From NCBI RefSeq assembly GCF_009834535.1, contig NC_045698.1:15316001-15380000 (forward strand): a stretch of DNA of 64,000 nucleotides. Direction: 5' to 3'. The DNA comes from Camelus ferus (taxonomy: Eukaryota). This document shows positions 51,139 to 64,000 of the stretch, piece after piece; position 1 is the stretch's first letter; each line of letters opens with the position of its first letter. The position numbers and the translations under genes are program-made. A model generated the notes under the pieces. The model made no database searches and had not been told where the DNA came from. It was given only the letters and a program-made list of their open reading frames with translations.

Positions 51139-54118
51139 ACTATTAAATGTTTTAAGGAAGTATCATGGATTAACTTCCTCAGATGTCAGTAAAGATAACA
51201 CCTTTTTTTTTTAATTAGGGAAAAGAACCCTGTAAAATTTAATTATTCACCTGTACAACTGAAGTTATTTGTATATAAGAAAAATGAATCACGTGTAAAC
51301 TGACTGTCAACAAAGGGACATTTTATAAATTAAAACAAAAATGGAGAAACTCCATGGAAAAGAGAAATGTGTAAGAATGTGCTGTTTTATTTTCCTCTCC
51401 TTTGGCAAACTGATTTGCTGAAGACTGTCAAGAAGAGCGGTTTTCCCTGGAGCAAACGGACTCAGTTATAAGGGAAAGTAATTTCAGTTATTTATAGGTT
51501 TCCACAGAAACCTCGTGCGTTCTACACGGTCTTGTTTTTCTCCGGGTAGTGGTGTTGTTTTTCCTTCTGCTGGCACCTCCACCTCACTTAAGCCAGAATT
51601 GCACCGTTTCCATCGTTTGAACTTCTTCGTGAACTGGGATATTGATTTTCTAAACAAGTTATGAATTTCGAAACTTGTTCGTATAACTAACATACCAGTT
51701 ACAAGTTTTGAAAGTCATAACTGAGCATAATTCTCTTTGTGCTTTGGCTGCCAGAAAGCTACAAGCTCATTTTGCTGGTCAGATTTTTAAACTGTACAAA
51801 TTTATTGCACACATTTTTATGCTTGGCCTCTTGCTGGTTGGATAGCACCCCGTTGTTTCTACCCTGCCAATCTCTAAGTATTTTTGTACTCCGTGTATTT
51901 TTGTAGTCCACCACAAATCCTTTTGGAATTATGGGAAACATTTTTAAAATGGTTTGATAACTCAAAATTTATCATTATTATCGGTATTTTTCTCTCTAAT
52001 GTGCTTTTCCTTCAACGAGGCGTATATATGACAATAAATATCTTGGCCTTAAGATGTGCTTCATTCTGAGTGCCTTACAACTGAGAGAAAGATACTGAAG
52101 GATTCTCTGCTTTTTAAATAATAAAACATCACTGAGATAGAGGATCAGAGGAACTAGCAAAACATAGGTGGAGAAAACATTTTGAAATTAAACAGTATAT
52201 ACCCTACCAGCAATAGTTTGGAAATTTGCATAGTAATTCCTTAGTGCTAGCCGCTTATTCCAAGCCCAATGTTAAGAAAAAGCTTTGATTAAAATTTCTT
52301 CAGCTTACTTTGAAACCCAATAAGTAATCAAAATGCATCCTGAAGGCTTTGGAGATTCAAGAGAACTTGCCAAAATGTTCTTATAACTCTTCTCATGCAC
52401 TAGTTAGGAATATTTCAGTTTAAAGAATAACACGTCTCTTCTTTCAGTGTTTGGTACTGAAATATTCCTCTGCGTGTTTCGGCACCTCTCTCTCTCTCAG
52501 TACCTAAAACAGGAAAAGAAAAAGTGCATAGAAACGCACTTTTGTTGACAGAATCAGATCATTTGTGTTTTAGATCTCTCTAGTCAAAGGACAAGATTGT
52601 GTATTATAATGCTTACTACATTCAGAAGGAAAGGAATTTTCACCAAAAGTGGAAAATACTTATGTGACCTCTTCTCTCCAGTTAACCTATATGCTGCCAA
52701 GTAAAAGGAGGAAATCAGATCCCATTGTTTTAAGGGAATGAGATCTGTAGACATAATTCATTTCTAGTCTGCCAATCCAAGATTCATGTGGCTACCCTAG
52801 AAAGCTGCTTTTTGAGAGCCCCTGGTAAACTCACTACTTCATAAGCCTCATGTCTGACTTCAAGGCTAATTGTGCATTTCTCTTTTTCACATGCCACAAA
52901 AAAGCCCAGCAGTGACTAATAAGGCAGAATTATCATTTACAATATATTTCAAAGAGTTAGTTACAATATATTTCAAATGGAGTTAGGCATATTATTTCAT
53001 TCGGACTTTCAGATAGGATTCGAATTACCCACTTTATCATTCAATGTATGAACTGTGTGTATTCCAAGGGAACAATTGGCAACGCACATTTGCACTTCTT
53101 CCTTACAGTGCTGTCTGATGTGACATCAATTTGATGTGATTTTAGTCATAGTTAAAGTTTTTAAAATCAATTTTGAAAGAGGTTAAATGTCTTCATTTTG
53201 ATTACTAGCCTTTAATTGCATTCCCAGAAAAGTTACTGAAATGCATATAACTTTTAATAACTTTGGAGAGACAAGAGATATTCTCCACAGTAATGTAATA
53301 TTCCTAGTAGATAAATGATGAACGCCTTCCAGATTATTTCACAGACAAATGTTTCTTTTTCAATAATGTCTTGTAGACCTGAGTCACACCTTGATCTATT
53401 CATTGTCTTTATTAGCCATCACTTGGTACACACATACTCATGTATGCATGTAGAAGTACAAACACACTTACATATATACATGCAGACATACGTGCGTATC
53501 TATAATAAACACATACACGTATCAATTAAAGCTAAACTGTTAAGCCAATTGAATTAATTGGATAGAATTTTTATGAGCATTTTCTAAGATTATGTCATTG
53601 TTGATTCTATTAAGGGATTAAGGAATATTTCCTGTTAGACTGTCCTGTTTTTCAAAGTCAGTTAAATTGCATGAAGCTACTTGAAAGTATTGTAGTTTAT
53701 CAAAATACATTACAGTTTTATTCTGGATCTTTGAGCTGTAGAGCAATTACTACCAATGTCTTTGAAACCATTAGCTATTTCTCCATTTCACATTGGAGTC
53801 AACTTTTAAAATTCTAATCTGTCATTTAATAAGGTATATATTTAATTACAGCACAGTACTCAGAGGTTAAATAAAATTGGAAGACTTTTTTTCCTCAGGC
53901 TAGTATTTCTTACAGTATCACATAAAATATTTTCTTTTAAATATATAGAATTTTATCTACTTTTTATTATATGAATTAATCAAGCAATATATCTATAAAG
54001 GTAGCTTTGTAACTTATAGACTGTTAATTTGACAAATTATTTTTATGACAATAAAGAGGAAAAATTAATATTGTAAGGAATAGTCACATTGTAAAAGGAC
54101 AAAATGCTCAAATATTAA

Positions 54119-54501
54119 CTACATTAGTTTTCTAGGGCTTCTATAACAGACTAGGTAGCTTAAAAACAGAAATTTATTTCCCCATAATTTTGGAAGTGGG
54201 AAGTCCAAGATCAAGGTGTCAGTAAGTCTGGTTTCTTCCGAGACCTCGCTCTGTGGCTTGTAGATGGCCCTAATCTCCCTGTGTCTTCACATGGCCTACC
54301 CTCCGCACCCCTCTGTGTTCTAATTTCCTCTTCTTGAGGAAGAGGACACTAAACAAAACGATTAGAGTCCACCCTAATAAACTTGTTTTAACCTAATTAT
54401 CTCCTGAAGGATCCAGTCTCCAAATACAGTCACATTCCATGGTACTAGGGGTTAGAGTTTTAACATGTTAATTTTTGGAGAACACAATTCAGCTCATAAC
54501 A
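54119..54501 (-). mobile_element. MLT1B-like MaLR solo LTR
   Basis: 'gaagtccaagatcaaggtgtcag', 'tctccctgtgtcttcacatggc', 'tctccaaatacagtcacattc', ends 'aattcagctcataaca'. Confidence 0.9.
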
Positions 54502-56879
54502 TTAACAATGAGATTCACATACTAATCCAAGATAGGTTTATGCACAGGCTTAATATTTAAGCACTTTTTCCGTATAGCCTTTGAGCATTGATTTTCCTGA
54601 TGTGACTTTTGCTCATCTCTGCTTTGTAGATCAAGGAGTAGTAAAACTCTTCTGCAGTTTATTTGATGAAATTTCTGGTTCCAAAGTGAGATATCTGGAA
54701 TAATTAGTGGGCAAATTCAGGTGAATCATCTAACAGCTGAAAAATTGTATTTCATTAGAACCATATATTTTAGGTTCTCTTTGAAAATATCAAGTTCCTA
54801 TATTCCCATTATTATATTGTTCTCTGTCTTCTATGTCTTCTGAATTATAAACATCTATATATATCATCTATGTCTATAATGCATGTCTTTGTGTGTATAC
54901 TATACATATATGTAATTTATACATAAGATACGAAGATATATACCTTGTACACATATCGCATATGTATATGCGTATAATGTATAAATTACCACTAGGACAT
55001 AAGTCTACTTTGCTTTTCTTGTTAATTTTTTTAACCAAAGCAATATATGTATACTTCTAAAATAAGGTTCTATATTCATTAGAACATATTAGAGAAAATA
55101 TCACACAAATGAATACACTGTTTACTATGAATACATAGCAAAGCACCTGGTAATGAGTGGACAACTCCATAAAACACTTAATATATGGCATTCTATGGAT
55201 AAATCATTAAATGAATGAGGTAATATAGAACCATGATCCAACAGAAAAAAAATCAAAAACTAATGCTACCTGGATCCTGGAGTGAGGAGACAGGGAAAAA
55301 GCCCACAGGCTAACCTACCAAATCCTTCAGATTTATGGTCTGTGAGATGTTGATTGCAATGACAGAATTAAGCTATCTTGATGTATAAAATAACTAATTA
55401 GGGAAAAGTAGCTGTTATTTACGTAACCTTACATCTTAAGTCAGCACACGTTTCCCTAAAAGTGGCTTTTTTTTTGGCCCTTGGAGACATATTAAATTAT
55501 TATTTGATACAATCAACACGTTTCTAAAGATACTGGTGGATGGGACAAGAGTAGAATACAAAAAAGACCTATTTGACAGAATCGGAAAGAAGAGAAGGTA
55601 AAAACATAACCATGCCCTGAACAAAGAGCTGAAGTGAAATGAAGCAAAGATCATGGGCAAAAACATGGGCATGTTGTTACTTAATATGCTGTATTTTCAA
55701 ACAGCTGAAAAATATGAGGGGAGATAGAACCCCAGGGGGTAAAAAGGGTTTCAGATTTGCTGAAATTAACAAATTATTTTTGTCTTAACTTTTCTATGTC
55801 TCATTAGCCTCACAGGTAAAATGAATCAAACATTCCTTTCACAGAGTGTTTTGAGGTTTATTCCGGCTGATGTGTATAAAATACCAAGGTCATATTCGAT
55901 ACTCAGTGAAGCTCAGTTTTATCTTGGATAAGGTTTATTGAATTAAGGTATATACAGAACAATTCTAAAATAATTGAGCCAAATATAAATACTACATGAA
56001 CATTTAAATAGGAAATCCCAGTGTAAGGATACTTCAATATACTGGCACTGGCAGAAAAATAAAGGACCCTTCACTTTTCTCTGTATGTATAATTTGAACA
56101 GCAGTAATAAAATAACGCCGAATGCTGCCTTTATTCTCAGTGGAAAAAAATAAATAGTAATTTTTTGAAGATTTTCAGATAACCACCTGTGTTGAAAGAA
56201 ACGTTAACTGTCAAATGAGATTCACAGTCATTCTCCCACCGAACCACTAATTCAAATGAAACACACAAGTAGCAAACACAGGGAATTTCCCTGCTCTGGA
56301 GGAATTGAAAATGTTTGATGCAACTTCTCTCTCTCTTTTTTTTTATTCCCCGTTGAAAGAGGTTGCAGTTTCCTCTTAACAGAAGTTTTTGAGCAATTGG
56401 TCACAGAAAAAAGCTGTTTTGATGTGAAAACTTTTTTGTATGCTCAGTTAAATAGGAATAGGCTCATATTACTATGTTCTAGTCTGCAGCCAGCCATGCG
56501 TCACAAATCCATAGCTTCTAAGTTTACATTAAACAATTATACATAAACTAGATACATCATGCTAAAAGTATCTTATAGATAGGAGCTTCCAGTGTTTTCT
56601 AATAGTAAGTACCATGAACATTTTTATAAGGATAACTAGTTAGGATCATCTAACTAGTAAACAGGGAGTGTTACAGAACTACTGTGAAAACTTTGTTCCT
56701 ATCGGCATTTCAATTGTATGAAAGCCAAGTTATTAAATGATTATCAAACCAGTCTAATGTGTCAGGCATCACAGACTTTCTCTATCCCTAGTCTAACATT
56801 TCATGAAATCACTGAAGTATGTTCAGAAAAATGTATAGTTTTAGCAATTTGCTTTATCAAAACTCAGCTAGTTCTTCAT

Positions 56880-57330
56880 TTCTTTTGAGTGATCCTCTGT
56901 TGACACCTGATTCCATGTCTAAGTGCCAACAGTGACTTTCTAAGCTACAAATAAAATAGTGTTTTTCTTATTATTCTTTTCAACTTTGTCACTGAAAACA
57001 ATGTGTCTTGGTTTATTGCATCTTAATGCACACGTTTGTCCTAGGACTAATTCTGTCTTAATGCCAAACTTCTACTTTTAATACCTTCCCAGTCTGTGTC
57101 TCCAGGAGGTTTACTGCCAGTTTCCTCTATGCCCCATAACCTCCCATCCTTACCCACCTCCAGTACACACCGGAAATAGAATGACTAGCCGTGGATCATG
57201 ACATTATCCCCACTTCTATATCATTTCACCATTATTTTCCTTGTGCAAATATTTAAAACTCAAAAACATTTATTCTCTCTCTTTCCTGGCCTCATTTTCT
57301 GAAGGAGGTCTTTTCGTTCACTTGGATATT
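56880..57330 (+). mobile_element. L2 LINE fragment
   Basis: 'aacagtgactttctaagctacaaat' and pyrimidine-rich L2-like stretches. Confidence 0.45.
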
Positions 57331-59044
57331 TCTAGGACTCTAAACATCGGTTCTCTCCCATTCCTTCCGCACTGCTCTGCAATGCAGTGTAATAGATGGA
57401 AGGCAGGCTTTGGGGTCAACATTTTCTTCACTCACGTGCCAGACCTTCCACTTATTACTGTGTGAACTTTATCCCTCAGAAAACAAGATGCTCAGTAGCT
57501 GTCCTTTCCCATCCTTACTGGAAACGTTCCACTGACCTGATCAAGACTCTACTTTCTCCCCTAGTCCACTTAATAAAATTCAAATAAAATGATCTTTCTA
57601 CCCTCATGTTCTCATACTTCTTTAAATAGATCTTGAACTTCAGTCACTTCCTTTTATTCACCTTTCCTGAAACACTCTTCACTAAAACCAATTAAGCTAT
57701 GCTTATAATCGCTCATTTTTGCAAAACAATTACATTAAGCTTTCCAAAAGAAGGTTTTTCTATTATTTCAGTTATTTCCATTAAGCAAGCCTTTTACAAT
57801 GTGATAAACATAGCACTTCTATGATAACTAGCCAAATAAGGCAAATATTTTTAATCAAGAAAAAAACATTTAGTAATAAGTTAATGCATTTGATTAAGCT
57901 GAAGAGATTGCAGTAAATGTTTCTTTAATTTAAAACAAAGGTAATTACTTTAAGATTTTTTTCATTGACATTCTCATTGGTGTTTTTATAAATAAAAATA
58001 ATATTTTTTCCCATTGTCTTCAACTACAAGTTTTCTAACACTTTCTAATAAGCCATTCTAATATTGTGAAAATATATTTTGAGAGATATACATATTGGTT
58101 ATCCAGTCATTCTATCCAGATTTCATGTTTTTAAATAAATGTTCAAAATTTTGTGAAAAACAGATGTAGGCTCTCTATATTTACTCTGATTATTAAGACT
58201 GATGCTTTAAGCATTTTGTGCTATACTACTACTAATAAGAAATCTCATTCAATTATCTATTTTCTAGTTATAAGAAAATTTCTCATGAAATTAGAGAAAA
58301 CTTCCTTCTTTGTTCAAATCTGCTAATATTCGTAACTATTTTACAAATTGATTATAGAATAGAGCAATTACATTCTCTAATAGCAAACCAATTAAAACAT
58401 ATTTGTAGTTTGTGAATAAACTATTCATTTTCAATTCTGAAAAAAAACTAATAGAAATTTTGTTTGACATGCATAGGAAATGATGCTGTAAACTTTTTGT
58501 GTTAACAGTGTCAAATAGATTATAGGTCATAAAAGCATTAGTGAAGTTTATATTGAGTTTTCTCCTTTTTTTTTTTTTAGTATTCTTACCTATGACAAAT
58601 TTTCAGAATGATTTTCAGTTGACTTTAAATATAAACATATTTGTTTACTATAAAAAGTAAACTATTTAAAAATAAACATAATGTCATTTTGAGGTTACAA
58701 CATGACTTCTAACAATGAATCATAAAAAAATTTAAAATAGCGGATTTTTAATTCACAGTCTGGAAACTGGTTTCATGTAAACAAATCTTAACATAAGCAA
58801 CATACAGCTTTAGGTTATATCTGAAAATGTATATAATGTATTATTAATAATTATATAGATTATTATGTATTATACTGTGTTCTATAAATTTGCCTATATA
58901 TCATTATTGAAGAGAATATTGAACATATACTATTATTATAGTTTAAAATTTTTATCAATATGTGTGCCTATATTTAAAAGATTAGAATGTTTTAATTATT
59001 GTTTAACTATACATATACTTTCTTATTTATTTCTATACTATAAG

Positions 59045-59190
59045 GTCAGAGCTAACTTTACCTCCCTTTTTCAGAGGAGGAAAATGAGAGACAGGGAGCT
59101 AAAGAATTGGCCCAAGTTCCTGCAACAACAACAGCAACAAAAGTAAATTCCCACTTTTAACCCTGGGAATCTGATCCCAAAACCTGTTCT
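59045..59190 (-). mobile_element. MIR SINE
   Basis: 'ctttttcagaggaggaaaatgagagacagggagctaaagaattggcccaagttc'. Confidence 0.75.
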
Positions 59191-60793
59191 ATAGGGAGAC
59201 ATATAGATGGTTACTAGACATGTCACCTAAAAACTATACATTTCAATTTATAAATAAAGTGTTGATATGAAGATTAACAAGTAAATTACCTAATATTACT
59301 CAGCTGATTAAGAGCTGTTCTGGACTAAAAACCACATGTCCTTATTAGCAGATCAATGATAGATAAACTTTTTAAAAGGTGGTGGTTACTTCCAGAATAA
59401 GCTTCAATTTAAGATAAGGAACTCTAAGTTTGACCTACTGGAATGAAGAAAAGCCCCCCAGGGCAATCCTAATGTGCAGAGAAAGTTGAGAGCTCTGGCT
59501 TTAAGTCTTCATTTTTATTTTCCTCCTCAAACTTCTTTTCTATTTAAAAAATAAATTCCCTTTTCAGCGCCAGTTAACTGCATCTTCTGTAGTAGTTAAG
59601 TTCCTGCCTCTTAGTAGAGGTTGATTGAGGTCACACGCTTTCTTTCCAGATGAATATTCTTCTCTTAGAATGTGGCTTCTCTTTGGTAGCATTGTACTTG
59701 AACCTTACTTGTAACCTTGGCTGGGACACCCCTGCCTGGGCAGGTTCTGAATGCTGGGATCATGGTCAGTACCCTCCATCTTCTTCTACTCCACAAAGGT
59801 AATTTGCTTTACTACAAAGGCAAAATCTTTACTAAAAACCTGAAATCAGTCAGAGGGAAAGCTATCCCCAAAGACATCTTCTAAATTTCTAAGTTTTCTC
59901 TTTGTCACCTGTAGTCAAATGGTCACTATATTCTGATTCTTCATCTTCCTCTGGCCATTGCATCTCTAATCTCCTCCTCTTGACATTCATATTGGTCTGT
60001 TTGGAATCATCAGCATCCTTAGCTTGTTCAACTGGCCTCACCCTTTTGCAAATACCAAGACAGCTGCTGTCTCTAGCTCGCCTTCCTTCCTTGTCTTTGA
60101 AATGAGCCGTAGCCATTGGCTTCTACCAGCCATTGGTTACTTCATCATCAACCACCTCAAATTTGTCAAACCTCTGTTTCAGTAACTCAAAACCTTCTCC
60201 AACAAGAGTTGGGGTGATACTTGATAACAGTGACCATAGATAGTGGCTTCAGTGATGGGGCCAAGAAAAGGACATCCAAGGAAGTGGCAGTCCAGGCTCT
60301 GGGGATTGGCAGTAAAAATCACTTTGTAAGAAGGTGAGAATTAATTATGCCTGGACCTACATTGCTGCAGTTATTTCAGATGTACATTTGTGCTGATGGA
60401 AAAACTACAAAGTGTTCACTGGGTTATTAAATTCTTTGCTGCCTAGATAGATCTTTGCATAAACCCATGAAGTCTCTTTGACTCCCACTTGGACAATGTG
60501 TCAAAGAGGAAGAATGAATCAATAGGTATGGATTAGAGACATATTCTGGCCTGATGTATCTCTACAATGACCCTGAAATAAGACTAGCAAATTATCTAAC
60601 CAACAGTTAGTTCTAACTGCTCAAAAAACTTGCAGGTAAATTACGATTTTTGCATCACCGTATTCTAAGTATGTAGCTTATGAATATACACTTCCACTCT
60701 GGAATTTACTGTATTTACTAAAATGTGAAGGTTGCATCATCCAGTGGGAAAAGAGCTAAATAAAGATCCAGAAGAAATTCATAATTTAAACTA

Positions 60794-61005
60794 CAGTTGA
60801 CCTTGAACAATATCGATGGTCATGGGTGCTGACTTCCCCATGCAGTGGAAAAGCTGTGTATAACTTAGAGTTATCCTCCACATACACACTTCCCCACCCT
60901 GGGATTCAACCAGCCGCAGTGTAGCACTATAGTATTTATTATGGAAAAAAGCCTGTGTATGAATAGACATGTGTAGTTCAAACCATGTTGTTCAAGGGCC
61001 AACTG
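60794..61005. mobile_element. MER8 (Tigger2-derived MITE), complete
   Basis: TIRs 'cagttgaccttgaacaa' and 'ttgttcaagggccaactg', TA target duplication at 60792-60793 and 61006-61007, ~212 bp. Confidence 0.9.
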
Positions 61006-61273
61006 TACTCTGATTCTAAGAATAACTTCATTTCTGCAATAAGATACTGAAAACTTGTGAATATTTTTCAAACAGCAGTTATAAGGGATTGAAAGAGATT
61101 TATTATTTTAATGAGCTTTATTAAATAATTTTAGTAATGATTTATGATAAACCTTATTATCAGTATGCAGTCATCACACACAGTAGACTGCTATTTTTTT
61201 TAAAAAAGTTAATGAGCTTTGTTTCTATTAGGTTATATGAAAGGGAAGAAAGGAACTACGTTTTGTTAAATAT

Positions 61274-61863
61274 TGTATTTGTTTTCTTTTTCTATATAAC
61301 AAATCATCAAAAATTTGGTGGTTTAAAACAATATCCATTTACTATATCAAAGTTCTGTATAGTTCAGAAGTCTGGATAGGCACCACTGGGTCTTTGGTTT
61401 AGTGTCAAGCAAACAGGATTTGGGGAGAAAAATCCATTTCCAAGCGAATTCAGGCTGTTAGCCAAGTTTGCGGTTTGGCTAAGCTGTGATTTCAGGACTG
61501 AGATCCCCACTCCCCTGATGGCTGTGGGCTGAGAACCACTTTTCCCTCCAGAGTCCACCTGATCCCTTGTCCTGTGGCCCCCTCCATCTTCCAGGCAGTG
61601 ACAGTGCACTAAATCCCTTCTGTACTTCGCGTCTCTGACGTTCTGTTTTACTATCAGCTAGAGCAAATTCTGTTTTTAAAAGAGTTTACCTAATTGAGTC
61701 AGGACCACTTGGATAATCTCAGTATTTATAGGTCAACTCTCTTGAGTCTTTATTTACACCTGTAAAATCATCTTATAGCAGCTCTTAGTTTCACGTTTTA
61801 CTCAATAAACAACCATCAGCAATCTTGGGAGGTGGGGCTCATCTTTAAAAATCTGCCTGAACA
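61274..61863 (-). mobile_element. MLT1E-like MaLR solo LTR
   Basis: 'tggtggtttaaaacaatatccatttacta', 'caggactgagatcccc', 'gtggccccctccatcttc', ends 'aaaatctgcctgaaca'. Confidence 0.88.
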
Positions 61864-62839
61864 TTCTACCCTAAGCATTTACTCTTTGGGAGACAATTAA
61901 ATAAAGACCGTGCCAAAGTCATTGCTGTTAGGCCCTTTAGAAGATGAGAAAATTGAGGCTTATTGTTTTTTGTTTTTTTTTTTTGCTTGGGATGAGTCCA
62001 TTTCGCTGAATATGAATTTAATCCCAGGCATGAGGTTCTAAGGTAAATCAAAGCACAGGTTTTGGCAAATAAACAAAGGTATTTAAGAAGAAGTAAAACA
62101 CAAACTATTTTTACTAAGCTGCATTGTATGTCTATATTAAAAATGATTAATTCTAATATGTATTTTTACAATAGGAAAGTGAAGAAACCCAAGAGCTTAA
62201 AGACATTTTTCTTTTTGCTCTGCTCTTTGCATTGTCTGCCAGTTTTGTAACCTGATAGCACTTGTTAAAAGGCTTAAGCCTTGCTTCTAAATCTTTTGCT
62301 TTCTTAATTGTGGCTCCTCTCCATGGGTTTTATGCTATACAGGGCTCGTTTCAATTTACTGGTTTGTGGCATTTTCAGATTTCAAGCACCCAGTCAGTTT
62401 TGAAGGATTAGAAACTTAAGCTTCTTAATGTGATTCCTGAAAAAAAGCTTCTCTTAGAAGGAAGCAGGGGGACATATTTGGACTGTTTTTTAGAGTGTAC
62501 AACCTTTGGGTCCTTCTAATGAGTATCCATGGATTTTTATTTCATTATCTGTCCTTAAAATCATTTAAAACTCTTTAAATAAAACATAATCACTTAAAAT
62601 ATCTTGATATATTTGATACCTCCTCCTTATACCAAATTTAATTGACAAATTCATACAAATATATAAACCAGAAATGGAGGAAGAGGAGAAAGGGTAAACT
62701 TTAATTATATCTCTAAATTTAATGTTTAGTAGGTATTTGTAACTAATTTGATAAAAAAAAAAATGTATCTTGCCCTGTATGTGATTGTTCTTTGTTTTGT
62801 GTGTATGTGGGACTTTTTTTTTTTTTTTAGTTGTCATGT

Positions 62840-63706
62840 CTCTTTATTGAGAAATTAAAAAGATATAGGCCATAAAGTTTATCAGTTGTAACTTTAATTC
62901 AGTGACTCTTATTGGATGCATACTATTGTGCAAGTGTAATAACAAACCAAGTTTGGAATATCTGTGTCCCTGAAATATTCTGAGGTTTCTGTTGGCAGTC
63001 CGTCCCAGCTCACATGTCCAGTGCCAGGCAACCAGATAACTATTGATTTTTACATATATATGTACATATATGTGCTATGTATGCACACACACTTTTTGTT
63101 TCTTTCTAGAAATCTTATTTAAATGGAATAATATAATACATAGCCATTTCAGTTTGAGTTTTTCTCTTAACATAATATTTTTGAGATTTATCCATGTTGC
63201 TACATTTATCTGTGGTCTGTTCCTTTTTATTGCTCAGTAGTATACCATTGTACTGATATACTGTATTTTGTTTATCCATTTACCTGTTGATGACTATTTA
63301 GATGTTTCCAGTTTTTTCCTATGAATGTTTGCTACAAGACTTTGTGTGGACATATGTTTTAATTTTGCTAGGGTAGATACCTGGATCATATACAAGCACA
63401 GGTTTAACTTTTTTAAGAAACTGTCAAAATATCTTCCAAAGGGACCATACATTTTGTGTTTTATCAGCAACATATAGGAGTTTTGGTTTCTTCACAACTT
63501 ACCAATACTCGGTATTAACTGTATTTTGATTTATAGCCCTTCTTCTCAATGGCAATGCTGTCTCATTTTGGTTTTAATAAGCATTTTCCTACTGACTAAT
63601 GATGTTGAACATCTTTTTATGTGAATAGATATTTGTAGGTTTTCTTTGATAAAATGTCCACACAATCTTTGCCCATCTTTTATTTGGTTTGTTTTCCTCT
63701 TATTAT
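62840..63706 (-). mobile_element. L1MB-like 3' end (ORF2 C-terminus plus 3'UTR)
   Basis: 'tttgagatttatccatgttgct', 'tgactaatgatgttgaacatctttttatgtg'; ORF 63546-63743(-) 'HIKRCSTSLVSRKMLIKTKMR' resembles the L1 ORF2 C-terminus. Confidence 0.9.
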
Positions 63707-63854
63707 CTAGGTGGGCAAAGATAAACTCGGGGGTCCTTATCAAAGAGAAGCAGGAAAGTCAGTGAGAGGAGAAGATGTGTTGAAGGAAGCAGTAGTCTGA
63801 TTGATCTCATTGCTGGGAGAGGACAGAGAGCCAGGTAAAGTGGGCTCTCTCTAA

Positions 63855-63922
63855 AAGCTGTTTTTCCCGTAGTATTGTGTCCCAAAAAGTGGCCATAGGC
63901 CATTTGCATCAACATCACCTAT
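63855..63922. mobile_element. MER5A-like fragment
   Basis: 'aaagtggccataggccatttgcatcaacatcacct' resembles the MER5A start. Confidence 0.45.
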
Positions 63923-64000
63923 AATTCTTATTTTTGAATGAACTGAGATCACATCTGTAAGCTTCATCAGTGAATTTGGGTGAGGGTTTCAAATCACTCC

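Noticed and set aside
55531..55598. Exon-like open frame ILVDGTRVEYKKDLFDRIGKKR
   Set aside because: Weak acceptor (aag) and donor (gtaaaa), no recognised homolog, no partner exons
1..64000. CRISPR arrays, operons, rRNA, NUMT or prokaryotic/viral coding inserts
   Set aside because: No regularly spaced repeats, long ORFs or recognisable RNA-gene or mitochondrial sequence seen; content is typical eutherian non-coding DNA

Overview
AT-rich, CpG-depleted mammalian non-coding DNA (intergenic or deep intronic). A tRNA-Ala-derived SINE of the Vic-1 type at ~51 kb, with no BovB, Bov-A or CHR SINEs seen, points to a camelid. I can support no intact protein-coding gene, rRNA, tRNA or CRISPR array. The listed ORFs are chance ORFs or decayed L1 ORF2. 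Much of the window is old eutherian repeat: L1MA/MB/MC/ME, L2, MIR, MaLR (MLT1), ERVL-type LTRs (MER21, LTR16, LTR33), Tigger MITEs and hAT MITEs (MER3, MER5). Family names come from recalled consensus sequences matched by eye. Boundaries are approximate (often +/-20-50 bp) unless a TIR or TSD is given. The most notable items are (1) a CpG-rich, apparently young 383-bp solo LTR with a perfect 5-bp TSD inserted in a MIR (26521-26903), and (2) a repeat-free, CpG-retaining block at ~51.4-52.5 kb with a 22-bp-stem hairpin and candidate minus-strand non-coding exons. I found no strong evidence for a new multi-gene system.
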